Shown: positions 49,027 to 57,537 of the stretch, one piece after another | Numbering within the stretch: position 1 is the first letter of the stretch | Layout of the letters: every line of letters starts with the position of its first letter | Assembly: GCA_049512075.1 (NCBI GenBank) | Contig: JBEKXL010000005.1 | Span: 69,847-133,846 of the forward strand | Length of the DNA: 64,000 nt | DNA from: Candidatus Bathyarchaeia archaeon | GTDB taxonomy: Archaea; Thermoproteota; Bathyarchaeia; Bathyarchaeales; Bathycorpusculaceae | Direction of reading: 5' to 3' | Notes under the pieces: model-generated | Seen by the model: the letters and a program-made list of their open reading frames with translations, nothing else | What the model was told of the DNA's origin: nothing | Databases searched by the model: none | Made by a program: the position numbers and the translations under genes

Positions 49027-49142
49027 TTGTAATGTCAGATGTAATGTGTATTGTTACAAACCATGGAGAAAACTAGGCTGGACTACTGTTCAGAGTTGAC
49101 TCAGCCCGTTTATTTGTAATGTCAGATGTAATTTTCATTGTA
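49027..49142 (-). repeat. Dispersed intergenic repeat, copy B (core only)
   Basis: TGTAATGTCAGATGTAAT at 49028 and 49115 (87-bp spacing), with a conserved spacer. Confidence 0.9.
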
Positions 49143-49297
49143 TTAGTCAGGGATTGTAGGTAGTGTTGCCCGTGGCACAAAGCCAGAATGGTTAGTTTGG
49201 CAAGCTTACTAGCGCGCGCTTTTAAAAAGATGTTCCTGAAGAACCTGATAGAAGAAACCGTGAAATAATAAGAGTTCCAATACTGGATTGCGAGGGC

Positions 49298-49804
49298 GTG
49301 CTTATGGGTGAGTTGAGAGTCATATCTGCGAAGATTCCTGATGAAGTTTACAAGGAAATGATTCTGCGCATTCCTGAAGGAGATCGAAGCAACTTCATTC
49401 GCGACGCTATCTTGGAGAAGCTGCAGAAAACGCCCAAGCCCGATAGAATTCTAGAACTCGAGGGCAGATTTGAAAAGATGGAGAAGGACTTTTCAGAAAT
49501 CAAGAAGTACCTCGGAGACCTTGAACTACTCACATATGAACGGGGAAAAACCAACCCGCACGCTTTCGGAATGGACGAGACAGACCACAAAATGATCGAT
49601 TACCTCGTGCACTACAAAGGGGCAACTACGCCTGAGCTGGCCCAGTACTTGAAGACGAACAGGTGGCTGGTCTTGAACAGGTTGAGAAGAATGCAGAAGA
49701 CTTCCAAGAAACAGCTCGGAAAATCAATAATAGACTATTATCCTGGGGAAAGGTCAGGCAAGAAAAAGGCTTGGTGGATAAACGAAGAATTGGCCGAGAT
49801 GTAG
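49298..49804 (+). CDS. Ribbon-helix-helix, coiled-coil and winged-helix regulator
   Basis: VISAKIPDE...RSNFIRDAI (RHH); ATTPELA...VLNRL (HTH). Confidence 0.7.
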   Translation: MLMGELRVISAKIPDEVYKEMILRIPEGDRSNFIRDAILEKLQKTPKPDRILELEGRFEKMEKDFSEIKKYLGDLELLTYERGKTNPHAFGMDETDHKMIDYLVHYKGATTPELAQYLKTNRWLVLNRLRRMQKTSKKQLGKSIIDYYPGERSGKKKAWWINEELAEM

Positions 49805-49848
49805 TTGGCACAGCAACAATTAATTTCAGTTGTGACTATGTTTGTGTT

Positions 49849-49965
49849 GGGCCCGTAGCCCAGTCAGGATTAAGGCGTCGAACCGCAAACCGGTGCGCAA
49901 GCCTCCGGGCATCAAGCATGGAAGAAAGCCGGAGAACAGGGGTTCAAATCCCCTCGGGCCCGCCA
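49849..49965 (+). tRNA. tRNA-Arg(CCG) with two BHB introns (29/30 and 37/38) and encoded CCA
   Basis: Removing 49881..49900 and 49909..49926 gives the anticodon arm TCGGC-CTCCGGA-GCCGG. Acceptor GGGCCCG/CGGGCCC; T arm AGGGG-TTCAAAT-CCCCT. Confidence 0.88.
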
Positions 49966-50167
49966 GTTTCTTGAATCAACTAGACAAACCGCACACACAT
50001 TGTTGACAGGGACAGAATGACTTGATTGCTCCCATGCTAACGGGATGATGTGAAAGCAGATTGTAGCCTTGGCTTAATACACGTGCTGTAGACAAAAATA
50101 GAAGAAAAGTGGAGGTTAGAGACGCGCACCAGTCCTTTGGACCTGACCTTAATTATAGGAACTCAGC

Positions 50168-50668
50168 TTAGGACGCTGGTGGAGGGGGTGGAGGCGTTGA
50201 GACAGAGGAGAATGCTTGTTTCACTGAGACCACAGTAGTTCCAGCAATACGATCAGTGTATTTCTGGCGTTGGTCGTTTCCAGGGGTAGCGACTCCTAAT
50301 ATCCAGTCTAGTAGGAGGAAAAGCCAAAATATCTTGCTTATGTTGCGGATGAATGCTTTGTCAAACGTTACTTTGCTGCCGTTTACCATTTGCACCTGCA
50401 ATCCCAAGACTTTCTTCCCCAGTGTTGCGCCATAAGAAGCTTCCATAAACATGAAGTAAAGGAGTTCAAGTATGCCTAAGAGAAAGGGAAGACCTAGGTA
50501 AAATCCCCACCCAAACAACAAAAGGCCGCCGCCGAAGATCAGTGACAGAATTACGAAGAAGTAAATGATGCTTGCTACGATGCCGATTATTATGCTATCG
50601 ATTATGAATGCGATAAGGCGTAAGAGCCAATGGTTCATATCGAACTGTGAACTGCTTCCTGTAGACAT
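50168..50668 (-). CDS. RDD family membrane protein
   Basis: RLIAFIID, TLGKKVLGL, RN, DRIAGTTVV. Confidence 0.88.
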   Translation of the reverse strand: MSTGSSSQFDMNHWLLRLIAFIIDSIIIGIVASIIYFFVILSLIFGGGLLLFGWGFYLGLPFLLGILELLYFMFMEASYGATLGKKVLGLQVQMVNGSKVTFDKAFIRNISKIFWLFLLLDWILGVATPGNDQRQKYTDRIAGTTVVSVKQAFSSVSTPPPPPPAS

Positions 50669-50952
50669 CTTTTCATCTCTCCCGTTATTTCATCGCAACT
50701 CGTTATTATCGCTTGCGCTCTTTTCCATTGCCTTGTTGTCTCAGGCTTTTACTCCATGTCCTGTTGGCGCTGGAAAGGCGCATGCTAACGCAGAATCGGT
50801 ACTGGCTTTGGCTATATGTGTGCGCACGGCAATCAGACTCTTACAGGATAATCAACCGAGGGGACTAATTCGGACTCCCAAAAAACTTGTGGTGCGCGCC
50901 AAAACTTATAAGACGTCACCCACCTAAAGATTCAGACAACGGAGCGATATGA

Positions 50953-51327
50953 ATGGCGAGACAGGAAAAAGAGAAGAAAGTCATGACGAAAGATCGCCTG
51001 ATAGGCATGCAGGTAATCGACAATGAGGGAAACGACGCTGGAACCGTTCAGGACATCGCATTCACCGTGGGAAAAGTGGGCATGACATTGATTGTTGAAA
51101 GCAAAAAGGGTGAAACCAAGGAAATCCCGTGGGAAGAAATCCAGGCTGCAGGAGACTTCGTCGTTCTGAAGCCCGAAACGGCACAAGCACGACCTTTTGG
51201 TGGCCAACCGATGGGCCAACAGCTTCAGCAGTCACAAACGCCAACCTGCCCAACGTGCGGAGGCCCTCTGACCTACATTCAGCAGTATCAACGATGGTAC
51301 TGTTACAAAGACAAGAAGTACGTCTAA
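50953..51327 (+). CDS. PRC-barrel protein with a C-terminal Zn-ribbon-like tail
   Basis: LIGMQVIDNEG...GTVQDI...IPWEEIQAAGDFVVL; Gln-rich linker; CPTCGGPLTYIQQYQRWYCYKDKKYV. Confidence 0.85.
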   Translation: MARQEKEKKVMTKDRLIGMQVIDNEGNDAGTVQDIAFTVGKVGMTLIVESKKGETKEIPWEEIQAAGDFVVLKPETAQARPFGGQPMGQQLQQSQTPTCPTCGGPLTYIQQYQRWYCYKDKKYV

Positions 51328-51802
51328 GATGCGCAAAGAAGGAACATGAAAATCTACACTTTTTGTGTATGACTAGTTTCTGTGTTGCTCTGAAAGAAAA
51401 AAGGGTTTGTTTAAGGATATTTTTTGCAGTTGGTGTAGTACCAGCGGTTGTATTGTGCACGTAGGTCAACCGCTTTCCGCAGGTTTGCGCGCGCATAGAA
51501 CAAAACTGTTGACGACGAATAGTCCTGTGAACTTCACCATGTCCCTCCACGACAATAGCCGGCGCAGCAGCGCTAAGGACAATGACACCGAACAGGAATC
51601 CTGTCAGACTCGCGGCAAGAGAATCATGCAAATAACCTTCAGTGAGACTCATTCAGACCACCACTGCATCACAATGAACTTTTTTTCACGAGTTCTACGT
51701 ATTTAGATTTTATCACGCGCTTCACTGACTATGGAGATGCACCAAAAAATGTTAAATACTCAACGACGAAATATGGTGCATTAGCGACTTGAGGAAATTT
51801 GT

Positions 51803-52426
51803 ATGACTGAAAAAGCAGAAGCCTACTTGATTGACTACATTGCTGTCGGAGTGATAGGATTTGTCATCGGACAAGCAATCGCAAGCGTCGGTGGATTCCA
51901 GAGCTTATTCTCAGGTGTGGCAGCAGCAACATTCAGGTACGTAGGTCCCGATTGGGGAAGAATAGTAGGAGCTGACGTTATCACCGGCATCTTCGCGTTC
52001 CTCCCAGCGGGTTTCCTGGCCGGATACCTTTGTTATAAGCTGCTCAAAGCGGAAGGAAAAATGGAAGGCTTAGCAGGCGGCTTTATGTCCTTCATAGTAT
52101 ACTTGATAATTACCTTGATAGTGACGCTCGCCCAAACTGGCATCTGGGGAAACATGGGATTAGACTTAGGAATAGGAGTGGAGCTTTGGGTCGTGCTCAT
52201 GGTGTTTGCTCTGATATTCTTCCCGATAGGAGGCTTCCTTGCAGGCATGATTCACGAGATGAAAACGCCGATGCCATCCTTCCTGAGAATGCAATTCCAG
52301 AGAGGCCCTGCAGCTCCTCCACCTCCTCCGGGCACGGCAACAACATGCCCCACCTGCGGCGGACCATTAAGATACATCGAGCAATACAAGAAATGGTACT
52401 GCGACAAAGAAAAAAAATACGTTTAG
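51803..52426 (+). CDS. Membrane protein with a poly-Pro linker and the same C-terminal tail
   Basis: About 4 TM segments, PPPPP, CPTCGGPLRYIEQYKKWYCDKEKKYV. Confidence 0.8.
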   Translation: MTEKAEAYLIDYIAVGVIGFVIGQAIASVGGFQSLFSGVAAATFRYVGPDWGRIVGADVITGIFAFLPAGFLAGYLCYKLLKAEGKMEGLAGGFMSFIVYLIITLIVTLAQTGIWGNMGLDLGIGVELWVVLMVFALIFFPIGGFLAGMIHEMKTPMPSFLRMQFQRGPAAPPPPPGTATTCPTCGGPLRYIEQYKKWYCDKEKKYV

Positions 52427-52524
52427 CAAACAACCATTCCTTTTTTCTTGTTGATACGCGCGCGCAAACGGGCGCGACGACCTGCTGATGAGAGCGCAAC
52501 AGTAGGTGAGAACCAAAAACCACG

Positions 52525-53103
52525 CTAATACTGGCCTGTCAGTTTGTGCATCAGCTCCATTTCGAGGGTTTCCTCTTCTATCTTGAAGGTTTCAGGCTCG
52601 TCCTTTTTCAGTATGGCCTTCAGTTCTTCAGCCGTAAGCTGAGTCACGAGTCGGAGTATCTCTCTTTTTGCGTTTTCAAGATGCTTCCGCAGCAGCTGCT
52701 TGTCTTGGTACACCGCTCCTGAGAGTTGGCATATACTCTTCATCTTGACGAACCATTCAATCTTTCGTGTCTTGACGTTTATGTCGAAAGTGATGGGTCC
52801 CGCCACGCAAGTTTCGGGTTTCACGGGGTGAATGACACACTTTTTCGTTTTCTTGTCATGAAACACGCAGTAGCCGCCAACAACTAGCCTTGGAAAAACA
52901 TACTCCGTCCGCTGGAACGAGTTTGAGATGGATATTCTGTTTTTCTTCAAGTAAGCCTCTATGAGTTTTCTGCGTTCAGGCGTCACTGGCGGTGTCGTAT
53001 CGTTGCAGCAGGAATAGCTGGTTCCGCAGTTGCTGCATACGTCGAAGAAATTGCTCTGTCTTTTGTTTGCATTTTTGCTCAACGTTTGGCTCTCCGTTTG
53101 CAA
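52525..53103 (-). CDS. YkgJ/CxxCxxCC family cysteine-cluster protein
   Basis: CSNCG..SCC, CVFH, CVIHPVKPETCVAGP. Confidence 0.8.
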   Translation of the reverse strand: MQTESQTLSKNANKRQSNFFDVCSNCGTSYSCCNDTTPPVTPERRKLIEAYLKKNRISISNSFQRTEYVFPRLVVGGYCVFHDKKTKKCVIHPVKPETCVAGPITFDINVKTRKIEWFVKMKSICQLSGAVYQDKQLLRKHLENAKREILRLVTQLTAEELKAILKKDEPETFKIEEETLEMELMHKLTGQY

Positions 53104-53104
53104 G

Positions 53105-54286
53105 TCAGAAGTAGGGCCGATTGTCCATAAGGCTTTCTGCGAGCTTTGAATAGACGGTGATTACTGCTTCTCTGAAATCCGTTTTCTGAGTTTTCTTCTC
53201 CACTCTCTCGCGTATAATTTCCGACAGGCTCCCATTGTCTATTCTTTTCCTGACGATTGGCAGGTATTTCCTCTCTTGCCGCGAGGCGTTTTTCCACGCG
53301 ACCGCGTATAGAGATTCGCAGACAGCGCGTGCGGAGCGCCCGCTCGGTCGTGCGTTGAGGCCTTCGGCTACAACGGAGTTCAAATCGTTCACTAGGACTT
53401 CGTGGGGTAGAAGCTGCAGGTTTTCGTTGAACACTCCTCGCAGCAACGCTCTGATAAAGCAGCCTATCGCTACGTCGGACTTGATGCATTCCTGTTCGTC
53501 CATCACTCGTATTTCCAGTGCCTTTCTGTCAAACCTGAAGATTACGCCTCGAGAGTTAATCCATTCCTTGTGAAGGAGCAACGGGTCTGCGCCGGCCCGA
53601 GCCATTTCTGAAGAGTATCTTTCGATTATTTCGGTGCGGTATTGGCCGAAGGAGTTCACATATTCCGGGATTATGTCCCCGGTGACTGAGGGAATCTCAC
53701 GTTGGTTCAACCGGTAGAAGTGCAGTCTGTTGTCGACGTCTTCTCCGAACATGCCTTCGCAGATGGGGGATGAAGCTGCGAACGTGGGCACATAGGGGAT
53801 GATGTTGGCGAGAAGATTGTGCATTTTAACGCCGTCTTGCTCGTTCCAGTATGGAAGGTTCAGCTGGAAGCTTTGAATGTTCAGCCACCCGTGCTGGTTG
53901 AGGTTGAACAGTCTGCTGTAGGCCTCGTAAATTTGGCGGTGACGGTGCGGCCAGATGCCCGTTTCTTCAAGCCTCAGCAGAGGGTGCATTCCAGTTCCAA
54001 GGAGACGTGCTCCGTGTTTTCGCCGCAGAAAATCCGAGATCAACAACACCGCGGCTTGCATATTCTCCTCGAAGGTTTCCGGTAATCTGAAGGGCGCGTT
54101 GGGTTTGATTTCCATAACGTGCAATTGCAGCTCTTTTCCAAAAGTGAAGTCACCTCGTTCTACAGAGTTGACTATACGCCCACGAAAATCTTTCAGTATC
54201 TCGTCAACAATTGGTAAGACTCTTAAATCATTGTCAACCACTGAAAACTCGTGCTCTGGGCCTAGAACCTCAAGGGTTTTGTACGT
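53105..54286 (-). CDS. Glutamate-cysteine ligase family 2 (GCS2) protein
   Basis: GPEHEF upstream of the track start, KELQLHVMEI, GTGMHP, QSFQLN, AASSP, NSRG, EIRVMDEQ. Inferred start at ACG 54286. Confidence 0.8.
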   Translation of the reverse strand, partial: TYKTLEVLGPEHEFSVVDNDLRVLPIVDEILKDFRGRIVNSVERGDFTFGKELQLHVMEIKPNAPFRLPETFEENMQAAVLLISDFLRRKHGARLLGTGMHPLLRLEETGIWPHRHRQIYEAYSRLFNLNQHGWLNIQSFQLNLPYWNEQDGVKMHNLLANIIPYVPTFAASSPICEGMFGEDVDNRLHFYRLNQREIPSVTGDIIPEYVNSFGQYRTEIIERYSSEMARAGADPLLLHKEWINSRGVIFRFDRKALEIRVMDEQECIKSDVAIGCFIRALLRGVFNENLQLLPHEVLVNDLNSVVAEGLNARPSGRSARAVCESLYAVAWKNASRQERKYLPIVRKRIDNGSLSEIIRERVEKKTQKTDFREAVITVYSKLAESLMDNRPYF

Positions 54287-54427
54287 ACAAGCTCCTCTTA
54301 CATTCTACTGTTTTCAAAGAATCGAATATAAGCCTGCGGATGATCCTGGGCGACTCGCTGTCCAATTTGTAAAGACGTGCCCCCTGAAACCAAGAGCTTT
54401 TCCTGATTAGAAAGTGAGGTTTTGTCT

Positions 54428-55012
54428 CTAGGTCATATGTTGGTTGATGAGTCTTGCCATATCTATTGCTTCGAGGCTGTATCCACAGTTTGGGCAGATT
54501 TTGAGTACTTCCTCGGATTTTGATCCAACTTCTAAAGGAGTCCCGCAGTGACAGCAGTGGTAGGTCAGTGTTTGTCCTCTGTCAACCAGCTGTCTGATAA
54601 GGCTGTTGAGATCATCACGTAAAGCAGTTATCTCTTCTTGTTTTTGTCGGAGATGCTCTGCTCTTTCTGGCATTCCGAGTTTTTCACACATCTGAGCTGC
54701 TTCGTCGTAGCGTCCAGTTTTTTCAAGATTGTCAACAGCCTTCTGCTCGCTCTCAACTTCTTCTTTATAGTAAGCGCATTTTTCTGCTTGAACAAAATAG
54801 TCCATGTATCCAATCGAGGTTGGCGTCAGTTTGCTTCCAGTTAATTCGCAAGAATCTTTGTCAAAGTGTGTGCAATCATCGCAGTTTTTCTTTTTGCCGT
54901 ATTCCTCTTTGATTTTTGCGTAACAGTCAGCACAAAAAGTCTTCTGTTTTCCATCTAACGTCAAGCTCAGTCCGGAGCCTGAAAATTTCTTTCCACAGGC
55001 ATCGCATCGCAT
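54428..55012 (-). CDS. Multi-Zn-ribbon protein with a TPR-like helix
   Basis: CDAC, CADC, CDDC, CCHC, CPNC; LEKTGRYDEAA. Confidence 0.65.
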   Translation of the reverse strand: MRCDACGKKFSGSGLSLTLDGKQKTFCADCYAKIKEEYGKKKNCDDCTHFDKDSCELTGSKLTPTSIGYMDYFVQAEKCAYYKEEVESEQKAVDNLEKTGRYDEAAQMCEKLGMPERAEHLRQKQEEITALRDDLNSLIRQLVDRGQTLTYHCCHCGTPLEVGSKSEEVLKICPNCGYSLEAIDMARLINQHMT

Positions 55013-55133
55013 GTTCTATCTTTCTTATTCTAGCATAATCATCTTTATTTGTCTTATAGTCGGCCTCGGATGGCAGTCTGAAGCAAAGTCTTATACAATC
55101 TGGGTCAAAACTGACTATTTGTGGGTCTGAGGG

Positions 55134-55883
55134 TTGCGCATGGTGAAATATGAGCGCAGAAGCAAGACGTCAAAACCCTTTGTGAGTTTTTGGGAATCGC
55201 TTACGAGCAAGGAAGGGGCAAGAGAGAGGGCGCGTTGTGTCTTGGAACCTATAAATGCATATCACAAACCGGCGAAGAAGATATTGGAAATAGGTTGTGG
55301 GATTGGAGAGGTCTTGGTCAATCTTCCCCGGAGATACGTTGTGTATGGTTTGGACATTGAAAGGGGTTACATTGAGGTCTGCAGAAGGAGGATCCTGAGG
55401 GGCAAGTTCTTTGTTTCCAGCATGCACAACTTCAAGATTGACGAGAAATTTGATGTTATATTCTCCGCTAACGATGCAATCAACTTTCTGGAAGACTTTG
55501 CCCAGTGGAAATCAACATTCAAAACAGTAAATGAGCATCTCGACAGAGATGGGCTGTTCATCTTTGACGTTTATACTCCAAAAATGCTGAGAGATACGCT
55601 TCATTGGTTGGAAAAATACAATAGGTCCACTTCATCGGTTAAGGAATTCCCAAAAGGATACTACTATGACAAAGAGACGGTGAAGGGCAATACACTGATT
55701 TGGGATTCCAGAATCTTTGAAAAACTCCCGAATGGACTCTATCAGCTTAACAAATACAAGTTCAAAGAGACAATATACCCCGTTGCAAAGATGAAATCTG
55801 CTCTCTCCACGCATTTCGATATCGTTGAAGCCAATTTGAGAGAAGAAGGCAGGAAGATTCTGTTTATCTGCAGAAAGAAGTGA
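55134..55883 (+). CDS. Class I SAM-dependent methyltransferase
   Basis: ILEIGCGIG, GLD, FDVI, HLDRDGLFIFD. Confidence 0.85.
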   Translation: MRMVKYERRSKTSKPFVSFWESLTSKEGARERARCVLEPINAYHKPAKKILEIGCGIGEVLVNLPRRYVVYGLDIERGYIEVCRRRILRGKFFVSSMHNFKIDEKFDVIFSANDAINFLEDFAQWKSTFKTVNEHLDRDGLFIFDVYTPKMLRDTLHWLEKYNRSTSSVKEFPKGYYYDKETVKGNTLIWDSRIFEKLPNGLYQLNKYKFKETIYPVAKMKSALSTHFDIVEANLREEGRKILFICRKK

Positions 55884-56185
55884 AAGATAGAACACATGCC
55901 CTTTCTCTTTTTCCAGAAGAACTTCTCTGCACCCTCTTTTTCTACTCCTGGCAAGAGCAGCGCGCTGACAATAAGAACACCCGATATTCCTCCAGTAATG
56001 TTTTCTTGAAAAACATTTTGTTCAATCAGCAATAGTGTTGGATTAGAGCTAGTGTTGGTGAGGAGAGCAGTAGACGGAGAAAGGAGAGAGTTCTACCGTC
56101 TCCCACACACCATGGACAACTATTGAGCAGACACACTCTTAGTACTATGTTTTAGAACAGAGAATCCAAACTGTAGAACACCCTC

Positions 56186-56467
56186 TTACCACAAATCTGA
56201 GTCCCGCATTCCAGGCATTCTGTGGAATTCCTGAAACCATTGTTGAGTGCGAAACTTGAAGGAGACTGATTTGCCCAGAAGTTGTGTTTTTCCTCCTTCC
56301 TTCTTTGCTCCGTTCTTCATCATGTACAATCCAACAAGCAGGAAAACAATGCTGCCGAAGATTTCAGGTGTCAAGTATCGCAAGTCCAAGCCTGTGCTAA
56401 TCGCAAGCGTGTACCAGAATATGTTGAACAGGACGCAAACGGAAATAGCTGAAAATATCAACCCCAC
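56186..56467 (-). CDS. Small membrane protein or remnant
   Basis: Two hydrophobic segments followed by GLYMMKNG; start uncertain. Confidence 0.4.
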   Translation of the reverse strand: MGLIFSAISVCVLFNIFWYTLAISTGLDLRYLTPEIFGSIVFLLVGLYMMKNGAKKEGGKTQLLGKSVSFKFRTQQWFQEFHRMPGMRDSDLW

Positions 56468-57060
56468 CAGATAACTGTCTTTTCACCCTCTAACACAGTG
56501 TGTCACCTTGTAACATGTCTGTTGAACGGTCTCAGTTCTCGTGACTTGTGGAAGAATCAACAATGGAATTGAACGCGCGAGATTGACATGAAAAACAAGG
56601 CGTATCTCAGCCTTCACAGCCGAGATTCAAGGAGACGATGTTACAGACTGATTTTCTGTAATATAGTATGAGGAAGGGCAGAGGGGCAGTATTTCTCTTT
56701 TTGAGCATTGGCAATTTAGTTAAGGCTTATCTCAGGAGCTGGCAGGCTTGCTGTTGCGCGCACGCGTGTTCCTAAAATGGTTGAAAATGGTCTTCAGTCC
56801 GTTCTTGCATGTACAGGTTCATTATGGATTTGCTGGATGAGCGTGTTTTAGCTCTGCCCAAGGAATAGAAACTATTATATACCAATTTCGGGACAAGGCG
56901 GCGCGCAAAATAGTGCCACACAAATTATAAAGGAACGCAATTTTCAGTTCCCCCTTTTTCTCATGCGCGTTGAAAAAACGATCTTCTGGACAGATAGAAT
57001 TCCAAAGCTCACCGCAGGCTAAACTCTGGAGTTTGAAAAGCCAGGGTTCTTTGCTATATG

Positions 57061-57174
57061 TTAAGGGTTTCTCCATTTGTCGGGGTTCTTGTATTCTACC
57101 TTTGGGCCGTCCTGCCTGATTGCGTCCAGTGTCTTTAGGAAGTCCTCTCGTGAGAGCCTTCTCCTTCTCCGCAT
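57061..57174 (-). CDS. Candidate 37-aa microprotein with a YKNPDKW motif
   Basis: MRRRRRLSREDFLKTLDAIRQDGPKVEYKNPDKWRNP*; TATA-like CTTATAT upstream. Confidence 0.5.
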   Translation of the reverse strand: MRRRRRLSREDFLKTLDAIRQDGPKVEYKNPDKWRNP

Positions 57175-57240
57175 CCCTAAGCCTCAACAAGTTTGTAAGC
57201 CTTGAATGGATATAAGCGAAATTGCGATAACGCTAGTATG

Positions 57241-57411
57241 TCAAAAACAGAAACATGCGACTCCCATGTACAGGTTGAAGGCTAGGAAGCTGAGCTGAAA
57301 GGTGGCCCATTTGTCGGGGTTTTTGTAATTCAGCTCTTGGCCTACATCAAGCTCCCGAATCAACTCCGTAAGGCGTGAAAACCAAGATCCGGCTTTTCCG
57401 AAGTTCTGCAA
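57241..57411 (-). CDS. Candidate 56-aa microprotein or fragment with a YKNPDKW motif and hydrophobic tail
   Basis: (TTG)QNFGKAGSWFSRLTELIRELDVGQELNYKNPDKWATFQLSFLAFNLYMGVACFCF*. Confidence 0.4.
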   Translation of the reverse strand: MQNFGKAGSWFSRLTELIRELDVGQELNYKNPDKWATFQLSFLAFNLYMGVACFCF

Positions 57412-57537
57412 TCGCCCAGGCGCGCGAATAGAAGATTCCTCTAGAACTAGAATCCATGATTCTAATATATCTCTTGCGTACAGAACCCGAACCAGAAAGG
57501 AGAAGCTGGGGAACCAGCAAAATCGTCAGAGTGATTA

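Noticed and set aside
56822-57190. 122-aa track ORF
   Set aside because: An overlapping frame gives a cleaner 37-aa ORF supported by the synonymous repeat difference.
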